From positions 1 to 40,876 of the forward strand of contig JADGQH010000001.1 in NCBI GenBank assembly GCA_017881985.1: a DNA stretch of 40,876 bases. Direction: 5' to 3'. This document shows, piece by piece, positions 15,866 through 23,795 of this stretch. The notes below the pieces were generated by a model that saw only the letters and a list, made by a program, of their open reading frames with translations, searched no databases and had not been told where the DNA came from. This DNA comes from Chloroflexota bacterium. Its GTDB lineage: Bacteria; Chloroflexota; Limnocylindria; Limnocylindrales; CSP1-4. The stretch's first letter is position 1. Every line of letters begins with the position of its first letter. A program made the position numbers and the translations under genes.

Positions 15866-16361
15866 CGGTCTGCGTCGCCGTCGGCCGCCGTCCGCCGCCG
15901 GTGGCCGCCGGCGACCTTCGGTGGCCGCGGCCGGATGCGACCGATCGGGCTGCGACGGTCCGCAGGGCATTCGTCCACATGGCATCCACACCGCGGCGAA
16001 ATTGGTGGACGGGCGGAGCAGGCCGACCTGCATCTTCGTGGATAACCGGGTTGCCGGAGGGCTGCCGCGGCGCGATGATCTCCCTGCCCGGAGGGGCTAC
16101 GACAGCCGACGACCCGGCGATCACATCAACGGGTCTCGGCGAGGTGATCGGGAGCAATCCCGGTTGCTCTCCCTCCGAGGTCGCGCTGCGATTGCATCAA
16201 GGTTGCTTCCTCGGACGTGGTTCCTCTGGGCACTTCTGCGTCCCGCGGTGCCGCGATCGCGCCGCCGCGATGGCCGCGCAGGGCAGAGGCAAGCGGGGAA
16301 CCGCGGCTCGCGCGTCGCGGCGCCGACCATGCATCCGCGAACGCGAGTTCGCCGGCCGGCG

Positions 16362-17045
16362 TCAGGTCGGCGGGACCAGGTTCTCGCGATCCGTGAGCGG
16401 ATCGGCGGCGGGCGTCGCGCACAGGAAGTAGCGCAGCCGCGTGCGCCCGATGTTGGCGATGGCATGCGGGAGCCCCATCTCCACGCGGACCCCCTTGAGC
16501 GGCTCGAGCGTCTCGTCCAGCGACCCGACCCGGACCGAGCCGCGCCCCTCGAGGACGACGACCACGTGCTCGGAGGCAAGGTGGCGGTGCCAGCCGGTCG
16601 TGGCACCCGGATCCAGCTCGATCTCGGACACGCTGAAGCTGAGGGTGCCGAAGTCGCCCGGCTCCACGAGCACGCGATGGCGGAGGCCCGGCGTGGTGAT
16701 CAGGCGGGCTCCCTCGCGGCGCCGGACCGGCTCGCCGGGCCGCATTCGCCAGGACGGCTGGTCGTCGGCCGGGCGGGCGGGGTCGATGTCGATCGCGGCA
16801 CGCAGCGCGAGGGCGTCGATGGCCCCGTCGTTGCGGACGACGCCCTCGTCGGCCGGCGCCTCGTAGAGAACGTCACCGGCCCGGACGACGACGCGCCGGC
16901 TCAGGGCGATCCCGTGCTCGAAGACGATCTCGCCGGCTGCCACGTAGACCACCGCCTCCTGGCCGTGGAGCCGCGGGCCGATCTGCGCCCCGGGCGGGAT
17001 CCGGTCGAGGTGGAGCTGGATCGCCATGCCCGGGTGGACGTCCAT
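16362..17045 (-). CDS. Bicupin (two cupin-fold domains), function unknown
   Basis: 227 aa from MDVHPGMAIQ. The second barrel carries a classic motif, GATTGWHRHLASEHVVVVLEGRG. The first is degenerate (PRLHGQEAVVYVAAGE). It starts 11 nt after the thyX stop on the same strand. Confidence 0.75.
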   Translation of the reverse strand: MDVHPGMAIQLHLDRIPPGAQIGPRLHGQEAVVYVAAGEIVFEHGIALSRRVVVRAGDVLYEAPADEGVVRNDGAIDALALRAAIDIDPARPADDQPSWRMRPGEPVRRREGARLITTPGLRHRVLVEPGDFGTLSFSVSEIELDPGATTGWHRHLASEHVVVVLEGRGSVRVGSLDETLEPLKGVRVEMGLPHAIANIGRTRLRYFLCATPAADPLTDRENLVPPT

Positions 17046-17056
17046 TCGTTCCGTCG

Positions 17057-17917
17057 TCAGCCGTCGACCACGGCCACGTCGCGACCGGCGGTGCGAGCGG
17101 CCTTCGCCTTCTCCGCCCAGGCGCCGAGGACCGAATCGCGGTGCGGCCGGATCGGGCAGTGCTCGTCGCGGTTGCCCATCTCGTCGCAGTAGCCGAGGGG
17201 GACGCACTTGGGGGCCAGGAAGCTGCCCAGGAACGGGCTGACGGCGAACACCTCGTGGCGGATGAGCTGGAAGAGGCGCCGGATCTCCCACTGCGCCATC
17301 GTGCACAGCCGGAGCCCCGACATGTGGATGAGCGCCCGCAGGTTCGCGGTCATGACCAGGTTCGTGCGGGTCGCGTTGGGGAAGACGAAGCGGGCGTCCT
17401 CGCCCGGGATCCCAGCGGCAAGCAGCTCGCCGTACAGGTCGAGCGCACCGTCGACCTGCGCCTCGTACCGGGCGCGAAGCGCCGGGTCCGCGTCCGCGAG
17501 CGTCCCCGGGAGCATCGTGGCCGCCCCGGTGAACTTCACGTACCGCTGGCTCTGCTGGTCGAAGGCGACCCCGGCGCGATGGCGGACCAGCTGGTGGGAG
17601 AGCGTGCGGCTGACCCCACTGATCCCGAACGTGAAGACCACGTGCTCGATCGTGCTGCCGTGGCCCGATTCGACGACGCCGCTGATCAGCTTCTGCATCT
17701 TCGCCCGGTCGATCTCGCCGGACTCTGCCCGCCGGAAGATCTCGGCAGGCTCCAGCTCCGAGTAGCACGTCCGGCAAGCCGTGTAGATGAGCGGCACGTA
17801 GAAGCGCTCGACGATCTCGCGCGACGGGAACAGGAGCGTCGCCTTCATCCCGAGGTCGCGCCGCCCCGGATTGGGCGGGATGCCGGACTTCTCGTGGGTG
17901 GGCTGGGACTCGGCCAT
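17057..17917 (-). CDS. thyX: Flavin-dependent thymidylate synthase
   Basis: ThyX signature RHRAGVAFDQQSQRY (RHR-x7-S-x-RY) plus ACRTCYS and SGHGSTIEH. 286 aa including a Cys-containing C-terminal extension. An alternative start is MKATLL at 17848. Confidence 0.9.
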   Translation of the reverse strand: MAESQPTHEKSGIPPNPGRRDLGMKATLLFPSREIVERFYVPLIYTACRTCYSELEPAEIFRRAESGEIDRAKMQKLISGVVESGHGSTIEHVVFTFGISGVSRTLSHQLVRHRAGVAFDQQSQRYVKFTGAATMLPGTLADADPALRARYEAQVDGALDLYGELLAAGIPGEDARFVFPNATRTNLVMTANLRALIHMSGLRLCTMAQWEIRRLFQLIRHEVFAVSPFLGSFLAPKCVPLGYCDEMGNRDEHCPIRPHRDSVLGAWAEKAKAARTAGRDVAVVDG

Positions 17918-17990
17918 GCTCAGCGGAGGATAGCCGGTCGGCAGCGCGCCGGGCGGGCCCGCCCGGCGGCTCCGCAGACCATTTCGACGC

Positions 17991-19487
17991 TCAGGCGCTG
18001 GCCCGCGCGCGCGTCCCGACCGAGCCGCCCTCGGACCCGTGGAACCAGGTCCAGATCAGGAACGTGCCCAGCGTGTACAGGATGATGATCGTGACGAAGT
18101 TGATCGTGTAGCCGGCGGAGAAGCCGAGGGTGGCCTGGAGCAGGCTGTACCACGGGCCGGCGATCACCCACCCGAGCGACCAGGCGAGGCTTGCCGCGGC
18201 GGCGTAGGTTGCGCGCTCGCCGGGCCGGAGCCGCTCCATCGCGAACGCGTTGAAGATCGGGTTTCCCGCGTTCATGAGCGAGTTGCGGATCGCCATCGAG
18301 CCGATGACGGTCCACAGGATCGGGCTGAACCCGAGCACGGCCAGGAACGGGATGCTGACGCCCTGGACCAGCACGACCGAGCCGATCTTGCCCACGCGTC
18401 GGGCCAGGGCGGGCTGGAAGAGGATCGCGAGCGTGGTGCCGAGGCTGGTCAGCGCGAAGACCGCGTTGAGCGATGCCAGGTCGAGCCCGAACTTGCCCTG
18501 CACGAAGAGGTTGAGGAAGGGGATCACCTGGCCGGCCCCGAGCGAGATCAGGAACCCCGGCAGGATGAGCCGCAGGAAGGTGCCGGGCTCGGAGATGCGC
18601 GGCAGCCCGATCCGGATCGCTGCGCGGCGGCGGGACAGGTCGGGCCGCGCGGCCAGCGGCTCACCGCTCCACGGGATCCCGGGCCGGCCTTCGAGGGTCC
18701 GCCAGTCTCGCCGCCGTGCTCGCGGCCGGTCGTCGTGTATCGCGAGCAGGACCACCGTCGCGATGACGGCGGCACCGAGCATCAGCACGAGCAGGACCCG
18801 GTAGGCCGCCGGATCGCCGGTCGAGAAGCCGCCGAGGCGGGCGGCCAGCGCCGCGATCGCCCCGCCGACCAGCGCCGCCACGACATTGACGCCGGTCGAG
18901 ATCGCGCCCTGGAGCGAGAACAGCTCGCTCCGGTGCTCCGCGTGGCTGTGCTCGGACATGAACGGCGACTGGACCACGAAGAAGGCCTGGTTGGCGGCGC
19001 CGATGAGGGCGGCGCACAGGGCGACCGCCGGCGAGGAGCCGACGAGGAGCAGGCCGACGACGCCCACGGCCGACAGGGCGGTCGCGAAGACGAGCACCAG
19101 GCGGCGACCGATCCGGTCGGAGAGCAGGCTCGCGGGGAAGGCGGCGACTGCCCCGGCCGCCGAGCCGGCGGTGGCAACGAGGCCGATGAACGCGGCGTCG
19201 AAGTGGAGCGACGCCAGGTACAGGTTGAAGTCGACCCACCAGAGGCTGAGCGTGACGCCGTAGACCAGCGTGGCGAGGAGGAAGATCCGGGCGTCGCGCT
19301 CGAAGCCCGTGAAGCTCCGCGCGTAGCGCCGCAGCGCCGCGGTCACGCCCCCCCGACCGGTGGGATCGCCGGATCCGCGCCCCTCGGCGGGGGCGGATCG
19401 GTCGGCGCGGTCGGCGCAGCCATGGGCGTGATCCTCGATGAGGTCGGGCGGGCGGCGGGCGTCCATCGTACCGGGTGGCACGGCCAT
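17991..19487 (-). CDS. MFS transporter
   Basis: About 12 predicted hydrophobic helices, with LSDRIGRR (MFS loop 2-3 motif). The start is placed at the first ATG downstream of the stop of the preceding gene (19487). The ATG at 19466 is equally possible. The track ORF extending to 19628 would overlap the upstream gene. Confidence 0.8.
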   Translation of the reverse strand: MAVPPGTMDARRPPDLIEDHAHGCADRADRSAPAEGRGSGDPTGRGGVTAALRRYARSFTGFERDARIFLLATLVYGVTLSLWWVDFNLYLASLHFDAAFIGLVATAGSAAGAVAAFPASLLSDRIGRRLVLVFATALSAVGVVGLLLVGSSPAVALCAALIGAANQAFFVVQSPFMSEHSHAEHRSELFSLQGAISTGVNVVAALVGGAIAALAARLGGFSTGDPAAYRVLLVLMLGAAVIATVVLLAIHDDRPRARRRDWRTLEGRPGIPWSGEPLAARPDLSRRRAAIRIGLPRISEPGTFLRLILPGFLISLGAGQVIPFLNLFVQGKFGLDLASLNAVFALTSLGTTLAILFQPALARRVGKIGSVVLVQGVSIPFLAVLGFSPILWTVIGSMAIRNSLMNAGNPIFNAFAMERLRPGERATYAAAASLAWSLGWVIAGPWYSLLQATLGFSAGYTINFVTIIILYTLGTFLIWTWFHGSEGGSVGTRARASA

Positions 19488-19506
19488 CCGGCCGGCGCCC
19501 GGCGGG

Positions 19507-22395
19507 TCATCGGTCGGAGGGTTCCGTCCCTGCCGCGAAGGGATCGGCCTCGCCGAGCGCATAGGCGACCGCGACGTCGAGCGGGAGGCCGCGACCCTCG
19601 ATCTCCAGCGCCTCCAGCTCGCTGGCATTCATCGCCACCCGCGCGTTCGGTCGCGTGGCCTGCTCGAACAGCTCCTCGACCATGCGGGCGAGCTCGGTGC
19701 CGGTCGACTGCGTCAGCTGCCGGGCTGCCCCGCGCAGCCGCGCAGCGCGCTCGAGGTCGCCGGCCGTCACCGCGACGGCCGACAGGTCGTCGAGGACCAT
19801 GGTGATCCCCGACAGGTCGCCCGCCTCGTGGAAATGCCCCAGGGCGTGCCTGACCATGTCGGCGGCGTCGTCGATGCGACCCAGCTTGAGGACCGTCGAG
19901 CCCAGCATGTGGAGCGCCCAGGCCTCCATGGTGCGATTCCCCACCGCCCGGAAGTGCTCGAGGGATCGGACGTACCAGCCCTCGGCCTCCGCCCCGTTGG
20001 AGGCGAAGTAGTAGAGGCCGCCGATCCCCCACAGGACGTTGCCCTGCCCGAGCCGATCGCCGATCGCCTCGTAGTTCCGGAGCGCCTCGTCGAGGTCGGC
20101 CCGGGCGCGCTTCCAGGACTCGGCGTCCACGCTGCCCGCCATCAGGTTCGAGACCTCGCCCGAGCCCAGGTTGTAGAGCGCGTTGGCGATCTCACGCCTG
20201 TCGCCGATCGTGCGCCAGATCTCGAGCGCGGCCTCGTACCAGGGCCGCGAGGCGGCGGCGTCCGCCTGCCAGTACGCGACGCCCCCCAGCGCCTCCAGCA
20301 GGCGGGCATGCGTCCGGGGAGCCAGGTCCCAGCCGTGATCCTCCAGGGCAGTGAGGCGGCGCCGTCCCTCGCGCAGATAGCCGCGCTGCTGCCAGAAGCG
20401 CCAGAGCGCGAAGCCGAGCCGCACGGCCGCCTCGGGATCGGGAATCGCCTCGGCGCGGTCGAGGGCGGCCCGGAAGTTGTCCGCGTCCGCCTCCAGCCGG
20501 TCCAGCCACGCTCGCTGCTCGGACCCGGAGAGCCCCGCCGCGGCCCGCTCGGCCAGCTCCAGGTACGCGGCGAGATGGCGATCGCGGATCGCCGGCCCCT
20601 CGCCGGACGCGTCGAGACGCTCCGCCCCATAGGTCCGGATCGTGTCGAGCAGCGAGAAGCGCGCGGTCCCCGCGACGTCGTCGCTCCGGACGAGTGACTG
20701 GTCGACGAGCGCGCCGAGCACGTCGAGGAGGTCGCCGCCGAGCGCGCCGTCCGGGTCGCAGATGTGCTCGATGAGGGGCAGGTCCCCGCCGCCGACGAAA
20801 ACCGAGAGCCGCGCCAGGAGGAGCCGGCCGGCGTCGTCGAGCAGGTCGTAGCTCCAGGCGATCGCGCCGCGCAGCGTTCGCTGGCGCTCCGGCAGATCGC
20901 GCGAGGCGGAGGCCAGGAGCTCCAGGCGGTGCTCCAGGCGCTCGAGGATGGCGTCCGGGGCCAGCACCTTGACGCGCGCGGCGGCGAGCTCGATCGCGAG
21001 CGGCAGGCCCTGCAGCGTGGCGCAGATCCCGGCGACGGCCGGCGCATTCTCGACGGTGACGCGGAAGTCCGGGCGGACGGCGAGGGCGCGCGCCACGAAG
21101 AGCCGGACCGCCTCGTACTGGCCGAGCGTCGCGGGGTCGCCGGCGCGGATCTCGGCAGGAAGGCGCGCTGCCTCGAACGTCGAGAGGCGGCGCGGATCGG
21201 GGGGCGCCGGGAGCCCCGGGACTGCGTATTCCTGCTCCCCGGAGACGTGCAGGGCGCCCCGGCTGGTGGTCACGATCGTGAGGGCCGGGCAGGCCCGCAG
21301 GAGCTGCGCGACGAGCGGGGCCGCCGCGATCACGTGCTCGAAGTTGTCGAGGACGAGCAGGCAGGCGCGCGGCGCGAGGTGCTCCACGAGGAGGTCGAGG
21401 GTGGGGCGGACGCCGCTGTCGGTCAGCCCCACGGCGCGGGCGACCGTACCAGCCACCAGCCCGGCCTCTCGAAGCGGCTCGAGCGGCACGAACCAGACCC
21501 CGTCCGGGTAGCGGTCCGCGGCCGCGGCCGCGACCTGGAGCGCCAGGCGCGTCTTCCCGATGCCGCCGGGGCCGGTGAGGGTCAGGAGCCTTGACGCGTC
21601 GAGCAGCAGGAGCGTGGCGGCGAGGTCGCGGTCGCGACCCACGAACGACGTCAGCTGGGTCGGCAGGTTGTTGGGTCGCCGGTCGAGCGAGCGGATCGGC
21701 GGGAAGTCGGCCGGGAGGCCCGCTGCGACGAGCTGCGCGAGGCGTTCCGGCCGGAGGTCCTTGAGGCGATGCTCTCCGAGGTCGCGGATCGTCACGTCCG
21801 GGGGGAGCGTGCCGCCGATGAGCGAGCGAGTCGTCTCGGAGACCAGGACCTGGCCGCCGTGGCCCGCCGCGGCGATGCGCGCGGCCCGGTGGACCTCGAG
21901 CGACGTGTAGTCGCCGCCGGTCGTGGGTGTGGCCTCGCCCGTGTGGAGCCCCATCCGGACCCGGATCTGCGAACCCTCCGGCCACGGATACGCGGTGAGG
22001 GCTCGCTGCGCCGCGACGCAGGCGGCCGCGGCCGCGCTCGCGCTGGCGAATGCGACGAAGAACGCGTCGCCCTCCGTCTGCACCTCGACGCCGCCCGCCG
22101 CCTCGAAGGCAGCTCGAAGGATGGAGCGGTGCGCCTCCAGGAGGGGCTCGTATGCGCTCCCCAGGCGCGTGATCAGCTCGGTCGAGCCCTCGATGTCGGT
22201 GAAGAGGAAGGTGACCGTCCCGGCGGGGAGCGGCCGCCGGGTGCCAGGGGGCGCGGGCAGGGCGGGCGGCTCCACGGGGACGGGCGGTTCCACGGGCGCG
22301 ATGCTGCGCCAGCGCGGCACGGCCGTCAACGCCACGTCGCGTCCGGGTTGGCGAACGTGCCCGGAGCTTCGGCGATCACGTTGGTTGCCCGGCAT
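19507..22395 (-). CDS. Class III nucleotide cyclase domain - STAND/NB-ARC-like P-loop NTPase - TPR repeat protein
   Basis: 962 aa. Cyclase motifs: GTVTFLFTDIEGST, VQTEGDAFFVAF, RVRMGLHTGEA, EVHRAARIAAAGHGGQVLVS and LGEHRLKDL. NTPase: FVGRDRDLA, LTLTGPGGIGKTRLA (Walker A) and CLLVLDNFEH (Walker B). The C-terminal third has TPR-like repeats (ALYNLG, NVLWGIGGLYY, EAWALHMLG). No HTH at the C-terminus. The N-terminal ~55 aa are low complexity, so the GTG at 22293 or 22275 are alternative starts. Confidence 0.85.
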   Translation of the reverse strand: MPGNQRDRRSSGHVRQPGRDVALTAVPRWRSIAPVEPPVPVEPPALPAPPGTRRPLPAGTVTFLFTDIEGSTELITRLGSAYEPLLEAHRSILRAAFEAAGGVEVQTEGDAFFVAFASASAAAAACVAAQRALTAYPWPEGSQIRVRMGLHTGEATPTTGGDYTSLEVHRAARIAAAGHGGQVLVSETTRSLIGGTLPPDVTIRDLGEHRLKDLRPERLAQLVAAGLPADFPPIRSLDRRPNNLPTQLTSFVGRDRDLAATLLLLDASRLLTLTGPGGIGKTRLALQVAAAAADRYPDGVWFVPLEPLREAGLVAGTVARAVGLTDSGVRPTLDLLVEHLAPRACLLVLDNFEHVIAAAPLVAQLLRACPALTIVTTSRGALHVSGEQEYAVPGLPAPPDPRRLSTFEAARLPAEIRAGDPATLGQYEAVRLFVARALAVRPDFRVTVENAPAVAGICATLQGLPLAIELAAARVKVLAPDAILERLEHRLELLASASRDLPERQRTLRGAIAWSYDLLDDAGRLLLARLSVFVGGGDLPLIEHICDPDGALGGDLLDVLGALVDQSLVRSDDVAGTARFSLLDTIRTYGAERLDASGEGPAIRDRHLAAYLELAERAAAGLSGSEQRAWLDRLEADADNFRAALDRAEAIPDPEAAVRLGFALWRFWQQRGYLREGRRRLTALEDHGWDLAPRTHARLLEALGGVAYWQADAAASRPWYEAALEIWRTIGDRREIANALYNLGSGEVSNLMAGSVDAESWKRARADLDEALRNYEAIGDRLGQGNVLWGIGGLYYFASNGAEAEGWYVRSLEHFRAVGNRTMEAWALHMLGSTVLKLGRIDDAADMVRHALGHFHEAGDLSGITMVLDDLSAVAVTAGDLERAARLRGAARQLTQSTGTELARMVEELFEQATRPNARVAMNASELEALEIEGRGLPLDVAVAYALGEADPFAAGTEPSDR

Positions 22396-22436
22396 CGCGG
22401 CACGCGCGCGTGGCGGCAGCCCACATCACCTCTGTC

Positions 22437-22469
22437 AGCCGTTGACGGCTAACCGTCGCTCCCGTAGCC
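22437..22469 (+). promoter_or_regulatory. Promoter TTGACG-N16-TAGCCT for the HTH-LysE operon, overlapped by palindromes (candidate operator)
   Basis: TTGACG at 22442-22447 and TAGCCT at 22464-22469, with the GTG start at 22477 only 7 nt downstream, which suggests a leaderless transcript. The perfect palindrome AGCCGT-TG-ACGGCT (22437-22450) covers the -35, and GACGG-ctaa-CCGTC (22444-22457) overlaps it. Confidence 0.4.
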
Positions 22470-22476
22470 TCACGTC

Positions 22477-23031
22477 GTGGACGCATTCCGCCTCGCGACC
22501 GTTGCCGAGCCGGTCACGACGACGACGGGGCCCTCGCCGGGCGAATTGACGGCGCGGGTCGCGACGCTCCCCGACGTGCTGGACCGGGTCGTCGGCTCCC
22601 GACTCGATCGGGTCCGCCCCGCCGTCCGCTGGGGGATCGGTGCCGGTCACGACGACGCGTCGGCCGGGGCGCACGCCGCGATCGCCATCCGAACCGCGCG
22701 TGATCGCGGAAGCTGGCTCGGGTTCGCGACCGGCGACCCGTGGCGGGACGCGCTCCTGGCGGACCTCGGCGTGGCGCTGGCCGCGCTCCTCGACGACCTG
22801 ACGCCGCGCCAGGCCGAGATCGCCGGCCGGGTCCTGGTTGGCGGGGCACGCCAGGCGGAGGTCGCGGCCGCGCTCGGCGTGAGCCGTGCGACGGTCTCGG
22901 TCGCGGTCGCGCGCGGTCGCCTGCCCGCCATCGCGAGTGCCCGAAGGGCGATCGAATCGCTCCTGGTCGGCCCGCCACCAGTGGCGCTCGGCGGCGGCGA
23001 GGGCGTGGCCCCGGCCGCCCGGCCGCGATGA
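22477..23031 (+). CDS. Small HTH protein (sigma-70 region 4 / LuxR-like helix-turn-helix; possibly SatD-like)
   Basis: 184 aa. The C-terminal half, LTPRQAEIAGRVLVGGARQAEVAAALGVSRATVSVAVARG, is a typical region-4-type HTH. The N-terminal half is unassigned, and the SatD-like call is from memory of that family's pattern only. Its stop overlaps the LysE start in an ATGA at 23028-23031. Confidence 0.6.
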   Translation: MDAFRLATVAEPVTTTTGPSPGELTARVATLPDVLDRVVGSRLDRVRPAVRWGIGAGHDDASAGAHAAIAIRTARDRGSWLGFATGDPWRDALLADLGVALAALLDDLTPRQAEIAGRVLVGGARQAEVAAALGVSRATVSVAVARGRLPAIASARRAIESLLVGPPPVALGGGEGVAPAARPR

Positions 23032-23771
23032 TCGGGGCGCTCCTCGCCGGGCTCGCCGCGGGGTACGGCATCGCGATCCCCGTCGGCGCGGTTTCCGTGC
23101 TGATCGTGGAGACGGGGCTCCGGTCGGGCTTCCGGTCCGCCGCGGCGGCCGGGGCCGGCACCGCGACAGCCGACGCGGTCTACGCGACGATCGCGGCGGT
23201 CTTCGGCACCGCGCTCGCGGCGGCGCTCATCCCCTGGCAGGCGCCGCTCCGGGCGGCCGCGGTCGTCGTCCTCGTGGGTCTCGCGCTGCGCGGATTCCGG
23301 TCCGTGGCGCGTGACGCCGAGCGAGCGCGCGATGGCGGGTCGGGATCCGCGCCATTCTCCGGTCCGGGACCCAAACCTTCGCCCCGCGGCTCGCCCGGTC
23401 CGGCGTCCTCACTTCCCCCTGCCGGCCCGCCTGCCAGCTCGATCGGCCCAGGGTCCGAGAGTCTCGGGCCGCGATCGGCTCGAAGGACCTACGCGGCCTT
23501 CCTCGGGCTCACGTTGCTCAACCCGATGACGATCACCTACTTCGCCGCGCTCATCGTCGGCCTCGGTGGGACCGGAACCGCGCCGATCGAGAAGCTCGCC
23601 TTCGTCGTCGCGGCGTTCGGGGCCTCGCTTTCCTGGCAGACGCTGATCGCCGCCGCCGGGGCCGCGCTCCATCGCCGCCTGGGGCCGCGCCTGCGCCTCT
23701 CGGTCGGCGTCATCGGCAACACCATCGTGCTGGCTTTCGCGGCCGTCATCGCCGCCGGCCTCGCGAGGTAG
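23028..23771 (+). CDS. LysE/RhtB-family amino-acid exporter
   Basis: 247 aa. MIGALLAGLAAGYGIAIPVGAVSVLIVETGLR ... LLNPMTITYFAALIVG is typical of the LysE family. It carries an unusual Pro/Gly/Ser-rich insertion of about 55 aa in the central loop. Confidence 0.8.
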   Translation: MIGALLAGLAAGYGIAIPVGAVSVLIVETGLRSGFRSAAAAGAGTATADAVYATIAAVFGTALAAALIPWQAPLRAAAVVVLVGLALRGFRSVARDAERARDGGSGSAPFSGPGPKPSPRGSPGPASSLPPAGPPASSIGPGSESLGPRSARRTYAAFLGLTLLNPMTITYFAALIVGLGGTGTAPIEKLAFVVAAFGASLSWQTLIAAAGAALHRRLGPRLRLSVGVIGNTIVLAFAAVIAAGLAR

Positions 23772-23795
23772 CGGGCGCCGCGACGGCCGATCCTG

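Noticed and set aside
16004-16040. A minus-strand ...CCGCCCGUCCACCA end resembling a tRNA or tmRNA 3' terminus
   Set aside because: The preceding hairpin (GCAGG-ucgg-CCUGC) has a 4-nt loop rather than a 7-nt T-loop. There is no GGUUCGAnUCC-type T-arm. I found no matching 5' acceptor strand and no tag-peptide-like ORF.
16201-16216. Minus-strand GUCCGAGGAAGCAACC resembling the SRP RNA domain IV motif GUCCGGAAGGAAGCAGCC
   Set aside because: It is two nucleotides short of forming the GNRA-type tetraloop, and the flanks cannot form the symmetric and asymmetric loops of helix 8. The similarity is probably chance in GC-rich sequence.
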